DNA of 62,915 nt, the filler included. It is 3 parts of 3 records of this genome, joined end to end, with 100 filler letters (N's around TTAATTAATTAA, not from the genome) between each part and the next. Parts side by side here need not be neighbours in the genome. Positions count along the whole stretch, not along the records: positions 1 to 25,949 come from SRR31156797_1583; positions 26,050 to 48,929 come from SRR31156797_1589; 1 more part is not named here. One strand, given 5' to 3'. The notes below the pieces were generated by a model. It had not been told where the DNA came from, did not search any database, and was given only the letters and a program-made list of their open reading frames with translations. Each line of letters opens with the position of its first letter. The stretch's first letter is position 1. This document shows positions 19,753 through 29,411 of this stretch, one piece after another. The position numbers were made by a program, and so were the translations under genes.

Positions 19753-21318
19753 ATGAATTCCATTCAGCTTAAAATACTTGTTGCCCTACTCCTAACTGTG
19801 GGACTGGGCATGTTCAGCTACAAAGCCTTTGTCCTCGGCTTTCCCCTGACTCCCGAAGAGCAGACCGAAATTTGGAACGTAGAAGCCCATGTTTCATTCG
19901 AAGCCGAAGGAAAACCGGTCAAAGCCACATTGCAAACCTTGAACAGGTTGCCCAGTTACACTGTTACGGACGAATATTATATCGGGGATGACTACGGCCT
20001 GCTGCACGCTCTGCAATCCGCAGACGGGGCTCCGCAACAGAATCGAAACCCTGATAACATTGTCGCAATTTGGTCCAGACGCTCAGCAAAAGGCAAGCAG
20101 GATCTATTTTACTCTGCCCGGTTAAGGCCTAAGCACAGCAATATTGAAGAAAGCTGGGTCCATCCCACTGAAATCCCCAAACTGAGCGATCCTCATTTCA
20201 CAGAAGCGGAACAGGTAGCCGCAAACTCCCTGATCACCGAAGTGGGCAGCGAATCTGCTGATATAGAGACCTTCGTGCCTCAACTCATGAAACGACTCAT
20301 GGAACCATCCAACAACCCGGATGCAGCCTATCTACTCCGCGACACAGATAATACACTTGGCGCGGTGAATATGGCTGTAAATTTGCTGCATTTTTCGGGT
20401 ATTCCAGCCCAGTCCGTACACGGAATAACCCTATCCACCTCCAATGACTCGAACCTGAAACATTGGTTGGAACTCTACCACAACGAAAAATGGCACATGT
20501 TTGACGTGTCCCGAGGATCCTTCGGGACTCCGGTCAATTTTGTAACCTGGTGGCGCGGCAATGCCCCGCTGGCAACGGTCAGTGGAGGAAACAACTTAAG
20601 CGTTACCCTTTCCGTGGTTCCGGCCACAGTCAGCACCCTTGGCAATGTTGTTGACCGGCTTGCAATCACTGCCCCGACCATACTTGAATTCTCCCTGTTC
20701 AATCTTCCGGTACAAGCACAGGCTACCTACCGGGTAATCCTGCTCATCCCCATTGGTGTGCTCCTGCTGGTTTTTTTACGTAACGTAATCGGCATCACTA
20801 CCTTCGGGACTTTCATGCCCGTACTGATAGCCCTATCTTTCCGCGAAACACAGCTACTCTGGGGGCTTTGCCTGTTTTCCATAGTCATCATCCTCGGACT
20901 GGCTGTACGCTTATATCTGGAACACTTGAAATTACTTCTAGTACCCCGTCTGGCCTGCGTACTCATCGTGGTTGTCCTGCTAATGGCCGGAATAAGTATC
21001 ATCAGCTTCAAGCTAGGTTTTCCGCGCGGAGTTTCTGTCAGCCTGTTCCCCATGGTTATCCTGAGCATGACCATTGAGCGTATATCAGTCATGTGGGATG
21101 AACTAGGCGCCGGGAAGGCCATCCAGCAGATAATAGGTTCCATGGCTGTGGCAGTTCTGGCCTACATCGCCATGAGCAACCTATTCATTGAGCACCTTAT
21201 TTTTGTATTCCCGGAACTCTTCCTCGTGTTGCTGGCACTGACCCTTATGATCGGACGCTATACCGGATTCAGGCTGCTTGATCTGATCCGCTTCCGCGCA
21301 TTCCTCAAGGAAGGTTAA
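19753..21318 (+). CDS. Inactive transglutaminase fused to a 7-TM domain
   Basis: LGFPL.P, HWLELY, RNVIGITTFGTFMPVLIA, FPMVIL..TIER, GRYTGFRL. Confidence 0.85.
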   Translation: MNSIQLKILVALLLTVGLGMFSYKAFVLGFPLTPEEQTEIWNVEAHVSFEAEGKPVKATLQTLNRLPSYTVTDEYYIGDDYGLLHALQSADGAPQQNRNPDNIVAIWSRRSAKGKQDLFYSARLRPKHSNIEESWVHPTEIPKLSDPHFTEAEQVAANSLITEVGSESADIETFVPQLMKRLMEPSNNPDAAYLLRDTDNTLGAVNMAVNLLHFSGIPAQSVHGITLSTSNDSNLKHWLELYHNEKWHMFDVSRGSFGTPVNFVTWWRGNAPLATVSGGNNLSVTLSVVPATVSTLGNVVDRLAITAPTILEFSLFNLPVQAQATYRVILLIPIGVLLLVFLRNVIGITTFGTFMPVLIALSFRETQLLWGLCLFSIVIILGLAVRLYLEHLKLLLVPRLACVLIVVVLLMAGISIISFKLGFPRGVSVSLFPMVILSMTIERISVMWDELGAGKAIQQIIGSMAVAVLAYIAMSNLFIEHLIFVFPELFLVLLALTLMIGRYTGFRLLDLIRFRAFLKEG

Positions 21319-21319
21319 T

Positions 21320-22258
21320 ATGGGTTGGTTCGGCAAACTAAAAAAAATCGGGGTCATGGGCCTAAACGGGCGCAACGGGGCTTATGTGCTGCCCAATAAT
21401 CCACGCAAGCTTTATCCGCTGGTGGATGACAAGATTACCACTAAGGAACTGACCCAAGCAGCAGGGCTCAACGTCCCGGAACTTTACGGAGTATTCCAAG
21501 CCCAGCATGAACTGAATAAATTACCTGACTTGCTGCAAAAACATGATTCATTTGTGGTTAAACCTGCCCGGGGAGCCGGAGGAAATGGCATTCTGGTCAT
21601 TACCGGAAAGCTCGGCCCACGTTTCCGCAAGCCTGATGATTCACTGGTTGCTGAGGATGCCATATCCTTCCACATTTCAAATATTCTCAGCGGTATGTAC
21701 AGCCTTGGCGGAATGCCGGACAAGGCTATGGTTGAATACTGTGTGCAATTCGCCCCGATATTCAAAGACATCGCCTATCAGGGCGTCCCGGATATCAGAA
21801 TTATCGTGTACAAAGGCATTCCGGTTATGGCCATGCTCCGTTTGCCTACAAGGGAATCAGACGGAAAAGCCAATCTTCATCAGGGGGCCATGGGCTGTGG
21901 GGTAGATATGTGCAGCGGTACGACCACTAGCGCAGTATGGAAAAATAACAGCTGTACCCATCACCCAGACACCTTGCATCCCATTGCCGGGGTAGCTATC
22001 CCGGACTGGCCGGAGCTGCTCAAACAGGCCGCGTTAGGCTACAGCGTAACTGGACTAGGCTACCTCGGCGTAGACATTGTGCTGGATAAAAACATGGGAC
22101 CGTTAATCCTTGAACTCAATGCCCGACCCGGGTTGGCAATTCAAGTTGCTAATAAATGCGGACTGCAACACAGGCTGGACCAAGTAGACAAAGTCCATCA
22201 GGACCTGCACACAGAAAAAGAACGGATTCAATATGCTATGGACAATTTCGGATCATAA
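21320..22258 (+). CDS. Alpha-L-glutamate ligase-like (RimK-related) ATP-grasp protein
   Basis: LVDDK, FVVKPARGAGG.GI, GVPDIRI, ANLHQG, ELNARPGLAIQ. Confidence 0.88.
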   Translation: MGWFGKLKKIGVMGLNGRNGAYVLPNNPRKLYPLVDDKITTKELTQAAGLNVPELYGVFQAQHELNKLPDLLQKHDSFVVKPARGAGGNGILVITGKLGPRFRKPDDSLVAEDAISFHISNILSGMYSLGGMPDKAMVEYCVQFAPIFKDIAYQGVPDIRIIVYKGIPVMAMLRLPTRESDGKANLHQGAMGCGVDMCSGTTTSAVWKNNSCTHHPDTLHPIAGVAIPDWPELLKQAALGYSVTGLGYLGVDIVLDKNMGPLILELNARPGLAIQVANKCGLQHRLDQVDKVHQDLHTEKERIQYAMDNFGS

Positions 22259-23066
22259 AACACAGAAAAAATTTGCTTGCCTTATCTTAGGCTTAAGCTT
22301 CCTTCTGCTTGCAGGTTGTAAACAGCAGCCCAAAATAATCGTGCCTCCAGCGCCTCCTCTGCCGATTGAAATTGCCAAGGAAAAAGCACCTCTGGGCAAA
22401 AGGGAAACACGATTGAACGTAAGCCTGACCCGCCAACCGGACAAACACAAACTGCGCAAGGTCCGTTCCCAGAGCATGCCCACTGGAACCCGTATTTCTT
22501 ACCCTGCCGGAGCGGACATTCTCCGTTTCCTGCAATATGATGAGGAGATCATCACCCTGCCCAAAATGCAGGCGACCCGTGATTTCGAAATAATACTGCT
22601 GACAAGGGACCAGAATCCCCCCTTGACCGTAAACGGTTATTCCAACGTAACCTATGAACTCATGGAATCTACCTTGCCCGGAGGAGCAATCCTGCTGGAT
22701 TCTTTTTTGGGCACGCTGAGAAAAGACGGAACTCTTTCCCCGACCATGTTCATCCCCACGGACAGAAAAAATGTTTTCAGGAAAGTACAGGCGGAAATAA
22801 ATCCACGTAGACTTAAATTCAAGAAAGTGGTCAGAACCAACGTTCTACCGGATTCAGAACATCACTACGTAATCAGATTTCTAGGCAAAAAAGGGATGAC
22901 CATTCTTTTTGAGATCCGCCATCTTGAAGGCGGCAGCCGCCCCAAAGTCATCAACCGGCAGACCATGGAAATTCCGCTGGGCACCCCGGTGATCGAGATC
23001 AACGGACACAGGTTCAAGGTCCATACGGCTACTACTGAATTTATTGATATTGAGCGGTTGAGTTGA
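22233..23066 (+). CDS. Hypothetical lipoprotein
   Basis: Lipobox LLAGC; overlaps the upstream ligase gene. Confidence 0.6.
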   Translation: MLWTISDHKTQKKFACLILGLSFLLLAGCKQQPKIIVPPAPPLPIEIAKEKAPLGKRETRLNVSLTRQPDKHKLRKVRSQSMPTGTRISYPAGADILRFLQYDEEIITLPKMQATRDFEIILLTRDQNPPLTVNGYSNVTYELMESTLPGGAILLDSFLGTLRKDGTLSPTMFIPTDRKNVFRKVQAEINPRRLKFKKVVRTNVLPDSEHHYVIRFLGKKGMTILFEIRHLEGGSRPKVINRQTMEIPLGTPVIEINGHRFKVHTATTEFIDIERLS

Positions 23067-23200
23067 TCATTGGCTGATAGCAGCTATATCCAACCATAGA
23101 ATATCCAAAACCAAATATCTATTGCATTTGTTTTGCGCTAGAGATATAGATTAAACGAACTTAGAGTCTCAACAACACTTAAATAACAGAATATCAAATT

Positions 23201-24112
23201 ATGGACTTCTATCAATATATATACAAATCCCCCCTACGAAAAAAAATTGATGCTAAACTTTACGAAGTAATTACGCAAAATACATCCAACGCGAAACTGC
23301 GCGAAAACACCCTATACCACCTGAATTGTTCTCCACAAAACGTTGCAAATTTCTCGCACAGCAAACGCTTCCGGACATTCCTCTGCATTATTTTCGGACA
23401 AGAAGCAGGCCATACAATTGATGAAATACTCCCGCTATCAATATGTATTGAACTAATCCATAATTCAACACTGATCATTGATGACATACAAGACGATGAC
23501 GAAATCAGATGTGACAAACCTTCTTTATGGAAGAAGGTAGGAATCGCCGAAGCTGTTAATGCTGCATACCATCTTAACTTAATCGCACTTTCATATTTCA
23601 GTATGCAAAAAGTTAAACATAATTACTATGACTATTCAGAATTGTTTCTGAATGAGTTTGACAAACTATGCTCATCACAACAGTCAGACATAGATAAATC
23701 CGGATTTACCTCTGAAAAAAAATACAAAAGAATGGTCTCAGGCAAAACTGGCGCTCTTATCTATTTGTCGGCATTAATGGGATCTTGTCCCTACGCTATA
23801 GATTCAGACAGAAAAGAACACATTAGAAACTTCGCTCATTCCTTAGGCTACATACACCAAATACAAGATGACCTCGAAGACATAAATAGCAATGTAAATA
23901 TAGATAGAACTCTTATTGCCCAACTAAACAGTAATGAAACACCTAAGGACACAGTCTCAACCTATATAAAAAGCAAACTGGAAGCAGCAGAACAGAATTA
24001 CACAGAAAACGTAGCAAAACTATATCAGGCAGGAATCGTAAAAAGCGACATTTTGAAGCAAATGTGCACTCCAATTATATCTCGCAACAATTTAACTCTA
24101 CAAGAGAATTAA
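23201..24112 (+). CDS. Divergent trans-polyprenyl diphosphate synthase-family protein
   Basis: KRFR, ELIH..LIIDDIQDDD (FARM), GKTGAL, QIQDDLED (SARM); AT-rich. Confidence 0.8.
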   Translation: MDFYQYIYKSPLRKKIDAKLYEVITQNTSNAKLRENTLYHLNCSPQNVANFSHSKRFRTFLCIIFGQEAGHTIDEILPLSICIELIHNSTLIIDDIQDDDEIRCDKPSLWKKVGIAEAVNAAYHLNLIALSYFSMQKVKHNYYDYSELFLNEFDKLCSSQQSDIDKSGFTSEKKYKRMVSGKTGALIYLSALMGSCPYAIDSDRKEHIRNFAHSLGYIHQIQDDLEDINSNVNIDRTLIAQLNSNETPKDTVSTYIKSKLEAAEQNYTENVAKLYQAGIVKSDILKQMCTPIISRNNLTLQEN

Positions 24113-24697
24113 ATGGATATCAGACACAAACAAAAAGCATCATTAGACTTCTACTTATTCGGATCATTATTCGGCATATGCATTCCACTGACATTAGTAA
24201 CATGTTATCATCTGTATACATACTGTACCATACTATATTGCTACAAATTCTACTTATTAAGTTCTTTAGCTTTCCTCCTTGCCAACGCCCCGCTAATGAC
24301 ACAACTATTGTATTCTTTAGCGCAGGAGAAAGGTTCCATATATGAAAAGATTGCTGACATATCGCTATATGTCGCAGGATTTCTTTGCATAAGTATACTT
24401 GGAATGACTATCTATTTATCTGGAGGAGCTATGAAGAGCCCTCTTACAACCCTATTGCTTTACATACCTTCAGCTGTAGCGATTTCATTTCCCAATAGAT
24501 ACAAAGGTCTTTTGATCGTAACTGTCTCTGGTCTAGCCACAGCATATTACACAACATTTCATTTCGACCCAACTATCCACATTAAGGGGTACTACTCATC
24601 CCTACACGATGAAAACATATTCCTCAGTACAATGGCCATAAATGTTACTGCAATCTGTATTCTCGAATTCGTAAAATACAAAAGGAGTTCCAACTGA
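24113..24697 (+). CDS. Hypothetical multi-pass membrane protein
   Basis: About 5-6 hydrophobic segments; start abuts the upstream stop (TAAATG). Confidence 0.7.
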   Translation: MDIRHKQKASLDFYLFGSLFGICIPLTLVTCYHLYTYCTILYCYKFYLLSSLAFLLANAPLMTQLLYSLAQEKGSIYEKIADISLYVAGFLCISILGMTIYLSGGAMKSPLTTLLLYIPSAVAISFPNRYKGLLIVTVSGLATAYYTTFHFDPTIHIKGYYSSLHDENIFLSTMAINVTAICILEFVKYKRSSN

Positions 24698-25923
24698 TGA
24701 CTAGCTACCTGAAACGTAAACTAAGTTGGATTTCGTATGACTTTGCCAACTCTTCTTACCACCTGATGATTCCGACGATATTATTCCCCCTGCTATTCAA
24801 GAATTACTTTTTTGCAGGAGAAAACAGCGACTTCTGGTGGAGTTTGACCGTTGCAGCTCCAATTTTGATTTCAGGCCTGGCATCGCCTTTTATAGGAGCC
24901 CACATTGACTCGACGGGTAAGAAAAAACTTTTCTTCTGCATATTTGCGCTGCTGGCAATATTCTTCTGCATTATTATGGGACTGGTCCCTAAGACTTTTC
25001 CTCTGTTGATTGTAGCGGTTTTCATTTGTTCATTGCTATTCTTTAATCTTTCACAATTTGTATACAATTCTTTTCTTCCCAACATTGTTTCAGAAGAGAA
25101 AGTATCGATCACATCCGGACTTGGCTGGGGATTAGGTTATTTAGGTGGTATTTTATGTCTCTTCTTAATACAGCCACTGATTAAAGATGCTTCCCCTGCT
25201 ACATCATATATAAATTACCAGCTGTCATTTGCAATAACTGGTATATTTTTCTTAATTTTCGCTATACCGGCTCTCCTGTGGGTCAATGAAAGCAGCTTTT
25301 CTAAAATCAAGATTAATACGAACCCATTTCAAATAGTAAAAGATTCGTTAAAGAACTGGGATGAGAACAAAAACATATTCATTTTCCTTTTTTCTTTATA
25401 CTTAATCAATGATGCCATATCGACCCTTGTCTTCTTTACTTCAATATACGCATCAACAACACTTAAGCTGGCGACCTCTGAAATAATGAAAGCATTCCTG
25501 ATCGTTCAAAGCGTAGCAATACCTGCAACGATCTTCATTTCCTGGCTGGCCTCCAAAATATCAATCAGAATTGTTTTCATCTCAACCATAATAGCATGGT
25601 TAATTAACTCTATTGGTTTCTATATAGTACGAGATGTGCAGGACTTTTACCATTTATCTATCTCAGTCGGATTGGTGATCGGGACAACACCGGCTCTGGG
25701 TCGGGCTATCCTGGCATTGATTATGGATAAATCCAAGGCCGCGGAATTTTATGGATTTCACACCCTATCGACTCGCATATCTTCTGTGGCAGGTCCGCTT
25801 CTATTCGGTTTAATCTCATACTTAACCAACAATCAACGCTTAGCTATCAGCAGTATCGGTGTCTTCTTTTTGATTGGTCTATATTTATTCGCCAAGGTCA
25901 CCCTGCCGCTCAAACAGAAATAA
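24697..25923 (+). CDS. MFS transporter (UMF1/ATG22-like)
   Basis: SW..YDFANS, YNSFLP, SGLGWGLGYLGG, AEFYGF; TGATG overlap with the upstream gene. Confidence 0.85.
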   Translation: MTSYLKRKLSWISYDFANSSYHLMIPTILFPLLFKNYFFAGENSDFWWSLTVAAPILISGLASPFIGAHIDSTGKKKLFFCIFALLAIFFCIIMGLVPKTFPLLIVAVFICSLLFFNLSQFVYNSFLPNIVSEEKVSITSGLGWGLGYLGGILCLFLIQPLIKDASPATSYINYQLSFAITGIFFLIFAIPALLWVNESSFSKIKINTNPFQIVKDSLKNWDENKNIFIFLFSLYLINDAISTLVFFTSIYASTTLKLATSEIMKAFLIVQSVAIPATIFISWLASKISIRIVFISTIIAWLINSIGFYIVRDVQDFYHLSISVGLVIGTTPALGRAILALIMDKSKAAEFYGFHTLSTRISSVAGPLLFGLISYLTNNQRLAISSIGVFFLIGLYLFAKVTLPLKQK

Positions 25924-25949
25924 TAAAAAAGGCCGTTCTCGCGAGAACG

Positions 25950-26049
25950 NNNNNNNNNNNNNNNNNNNNNNNNNNNNNNNNNNNNNNNNNNNNTTAATTA
26001 ATTAANNNNNNNNNNNNNNNNNNNNNNNNNNNNNNNNNNNNNNNNNNNN
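25950..26049. other. Artificial contig spacer (44 N + TTAATTAATTAA + 44 N)
   Basis: Six-frame stop linker at 25994-26005; sequence character changes from bacterial to archaeal across it. Confidence 0.98.
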
Positions 26050-26252
26050 AGGCATACATCACGATCATTCTTCAGGTACGCTGACAATGACATCTTCGTC
26101 GAAAATCAGGGATAAATCTCTTTCCTTGGCAGTATTTAGAAATGCGAAAAAGGCGAGTAAGCTTTAGTTTCGTGTAATAAAACAAGAATCTGAAGCTTAA
26201 TCTCACTTGATATGCATCAAAAATGTAAGTAGAGGGTATAACACCCCCAATT

Positions 26253-29168
26253 CTATACCAATGTCTCGTTGTAATACTCTGATATTGTCTGTGTGCGTAT
26301 GTTATTCGCTTCAATGTAATTGAGTATTTCATTAAACTCCGCTACAGATGTATCATATATGTTCTCTGCTCCTGGTTCTTCCAGTACCTGATGGAAAAGG
26401 AGAATCAGAGTATAATTTCCAGCCATGGCCTTATCGATCTCTGCAATGGTGTAACCACTATATGTTGTATATGCAGGGAGTTCATAGGGAGTTGAAAGTG
26501 ACCCTGTTGAATCTGAATATTCACCCCATGTTACAACACGGCCTGAATCATAGTACGCTGAAATATTGGATATAACATTCCAATTGTATGATCCATATGG
26601 ATATGCAACATGTCTGGGTTCTGGTATATTATGAGCTGCAAATGCCTCTCTAGTTTCATTCATTTCCTGTTGGATCTCCTGCTCTGAAAGTGTTGTAAGA
26701 TCAGAATGTGTATAGGTATGAGACTGTATATCAAAACCAGCATCATGCATTTCTTTAATCATATCCCATGTTGTGCGTGAATACTGGCCTACAAGATTTC
26801 CTATTATATAGTGAGTGGATTTCATTCCTCTGCTTTGCAACATTGGATATACGTTCGTATAGTCCGTTTCTCTTCCATCATCGAATGTCAGAATCACAGT
26901 AGCAGAGCTTTCATTGGGTACTTCCCCTGAAGTTCCATTAATCGTCAGAATCGTACTAACTTCCTCAGACCATTCTCCATCGTCATCCCTCACTTTGAAA
27001 GCAATGTCATGTGTTCCTGTATCGATATTTGATGTAGTGAAACTTGCTTCAGTGCTCAGCGCATCATCGTCCAGTGTCCACAGATAAGATGTTATTGTCC
27101 CATCTTCATCTGTTCCGCTTCCTGTAAATGTTACTTCATTGCCTTTGGTTGCAGGGTTCGGACTTATTGAATCAATGCTTGCACTCGGTGCTTCATTCGG
27201 AATTTCAGTGGAATTTCCAAATGTTTCGTCGTAGTATTCTGATATTGTCTGAGTGCCTACATTATTCTCTTCAATATAATCGAGTATTTCAGTGAACTCG
27301 GATATTGATACGTCATAAGGTCCGGGTTCTTCCCGCACCCTATGGAAAAGAAGAATCAATGTATAGTTACCTGCAATCGCCTTGTCAATTTCAGCCAGAG
27401 TATTTCTGTTTTCTGTAGCATACGCAGGTAATTCATAGGACCCTGGAAGTGATTCTATGGAGTCAGAATAGTCTCCCCATGTTACAACACGGCCAGAGTC
27501 ATAGTACGCTGAAATATTGGATATTACATTATAGTTGTATTCGCCATATGGGTACGCGATGTGGTTTGGTTCTGGCACACTGTTGGCTGCAAATACCTCG
27601 CTAACTTTTATCATTTCCTGGTGGATTTCCAGTTCTGAAAGTGTTGTGAGGTCCGGGTGCGTGTATGAATGGGATTGTATGTCAAAACCATTATCGTTCA
27701 GTTCTTTTATCATGTCCCATGTCATGTATAAACCATAGCCTGCATGACTTCCTATAATGTAGTGAGTGGATTTCATTCCTCTGCTTTGAAGCATTGGATA
27801 GACTTCTGTGTAGTCAGTTTTCCATCCATCGTCAAATGTCAAAATAACAGTTGCAGAGTTTTCATCCGGGGTTTGTCCTGAAGTTCCATTAATCGTCAGA
27901 ATTGCACTTACTTCTTCTGACCATTCATTGTCATCATCCTGCACCTTGAAAGCAATATTGTGTATTCCCGCGCTGATGTTTGAATTAGTAAAACTTGCTT
28001 TAGTACTTAGTATGTTCCCATCAATTGTCCATAGATAAGCTGCTATTGATCCGTCTTTATCCGTTCCATTTCCTAAAAATGCTATCTGGCTACCTTCTAT
28101 TGTAGGATTTGGGCTAATAAGGTCGATGCTTGCTACTGGCTTCACATTTGGATTTTCAGTAATTGTCAGATTCATGTTCACTTCTTCTGACCATTCATTG
28201 TCATTGTCCATTGCACTGAATGTTACTGTATGTTCTCCTATCTCAATACTTGAGTCAGTGAACTTTTTTTGTGTGCTTACCTTATTTCCATCTATTGTCC
28301 ACTTGTATGCTTCAATTGTTCCGTCTGTATCTGTTGCATTTCCTACAAATGTTACTTCCGCACCTTCATTTGCAGGATTAGGGCTTATTGAAACAATACT
28401 TGTTACTGGTGCTATATTTTGAACTTCAGTAACTTCAAGCGTTGTTGTTATTTCTTCTGACCACAAGTTGTCATTGTCCATTGCACTAAATGCTATGATG
28501 TAAGTTCCTGCGGTTATGTCTGCTTTAGTGAACGTTGCTTGATTACTTACTTGATTTCCATCAACTTTCCAGCTGTATGCCTGTATCTTTCCATCCTTGT
28601 CTGTTGCATTTCCTACAAATGTTATTTCTGTCCCTTCTATTGCAGGATTCGGTCTTACTTTTTCAATGGTTGCTACTGGTTTCACATTTGGATTTTCTGT
28701 TACTGTCAGTTTCTTGCTGACTCTCTTTGACCACCTGTAGTCATCATCCTGTACCCAGAATGAAACGTAGTGAGTTCCTTCGCTAATCTCTGAGCTGGTG
28801 AAACTTGCTTCTGTACTTATTTGATAGCCATCTATTGCCCACAGATAAGTCCGTATCTTTCCATCGCTATCAGTTCCGCTGCCTGTAAATGTCACTTCGC
28901 TACCTTTTGTTGCAGGGTTTGGACTAATTGAGTCAATACTTGCACTTGGTGCTCTGTTAAACCACCACCACCACCATCCATAATAACTGGTTGAGACCGA
29001 TTCGGAGGAAGTTCTTGAAGAGTAACTATACGTACTTATATCACTATCATCGGTTGTTTGGAGGATAGTCTCCACTGTTTTATCCTCAGTAGCTACAACA
29101 CAACTTGAAAATAAAATTAAAACTATAGTCAAAACTAACGTTGCTTGAATTATACCTGATTTTTTCAT
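26253..29168 (-). CDS. Secreted protein with five PKD/Ig-like repeats and two CE4 (NodB-type) polysaccharide deacetylase domains
   Basis: Signal peptide; five P.A.I..I.PNP...F.G..D.DG.I..Y.W repeats; two sets of LTFDDG, H(S/T)YTH, YPYG, LLFH. Confidence 0.88.
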   Translation of the reverse strand: MKKSGIIQATLVLTIVLILFSSCVVATEDKTVETILQTTDDSDISTYSYSSRTSSESVSTSYYGWWWWWFNRAPSASIDSISPNPATKGSEVTFTGSGTDSDGKIRTYLWAIDGYQISTEASFTSSEISEGTHYVSFWVQDDDYRWSKRVSKKLTVTENPNVKPVATIEKVRPNPAIEGTEITFVGNATDKDGKIQAYSWKVDGNQVSNQATFTKADITAGTYIIAFSAMDNDNLWSEEITTTLEVTEVQNIAPVTSIVSISPNPANEGAEVTFVGNATDTDGTIEAYKWTIDGNKVSTQKKFTDSSIEIGEHTVTFSAMDNDNEWSEEVNMNLTITENPNVKPVASIDLISPNPTIEGSQIAFLGNGTDKDGSIAAYLWTIDGNILSTKASFTNSNISAGIHNIAFKVQDDDNEWSEEVSAILTINGTSGQTPDENSATVILTFDDGWKTDYTEVYPMLQSRGMKSTHYIIGSHAGYGLYMTWDMIKELNDNGFDIQSHSYTHPDLTTLSELEIHQEMIKVSEVFAANSVPEPNHIAYPYGEYNYNVISNISAYYDSGRVVTWGDYSDSIESLPGSYELPAYATENRNTLAEIDKAIAGNYTLILLFHRVREEPGPYDVSISEFTEILDYIEENNVGTQTISEYYDETFGNSTEIPNEAPSASIDSISPNPATKGNEVTFTGSGTDEDGTITSYLWTLDDDALSTEASFTTSNIDTGTHDIAFKVRDDDGEWSEEVSTILTINGTSGEVPNESSATVILTFDDGRETDYTNVYPMLQSRGMKSTHYIIGNLVGQYSRTTWDMIKEMHDAGFDIQSHTYTHSDLTTLSEQEIQQEMNETREAFAAHNIPEPRHVAYPYGSYNWNVISNISAYYDSGRVVTWGEYSDSTGSLSTPYELPAYTTYSGYTIAEIDKAMAGNYTLILLFHQVLEEPGAENIYDTSVAEFNEILNYIEANNIRTQTISEYYNETLV

Positions 29169-29411
29169 TGTACCACCAATATCTCGAACCTATCCACACT
29201 ATCAGCCTATGTGATATTATACCACTATGGTTCATTTAAATATGATTTTGTCCAGAGTATGTTCTCTTTAAAAATTATTGTTATTTATGTCTTTTTAATA
29301 TCTTCTCCTAAATTTATGTATTTAAACCACCTCATTTCTGAAGAAAGATGTTCATTTCCTGTTTCATGCTTGAAGGAAGCTTAAATATATCTTTACCTCA
29401 TCTACAGGCTC

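Noticed and set aside
25931-25949. Hairpin cgttctc-gc-gagaacg at the end of segment 1
   Set aside because: Probably an ordinary terminator cut by the contig end; incomplete.
25994-26005. TTAATTAATTAA palindrome within N runs (also at 48974-48985)
   Set aside because: Standard six-frame-stop concatenation linker, not biological.
26050-26115. Possible 3' end of a gene at the start of segment 2 (RHTSRSFFRYADNDIFVENQG*)
   Set aside because: Too short to support a call.
26253-28960. Recurring DNA repeats, as a possible CRISPR array
   Set aside because: They are degenerate in-frame coding repeats (PKD and CE4 domains). There is no constant repeat/spacer pattern and no cas gene in the window.
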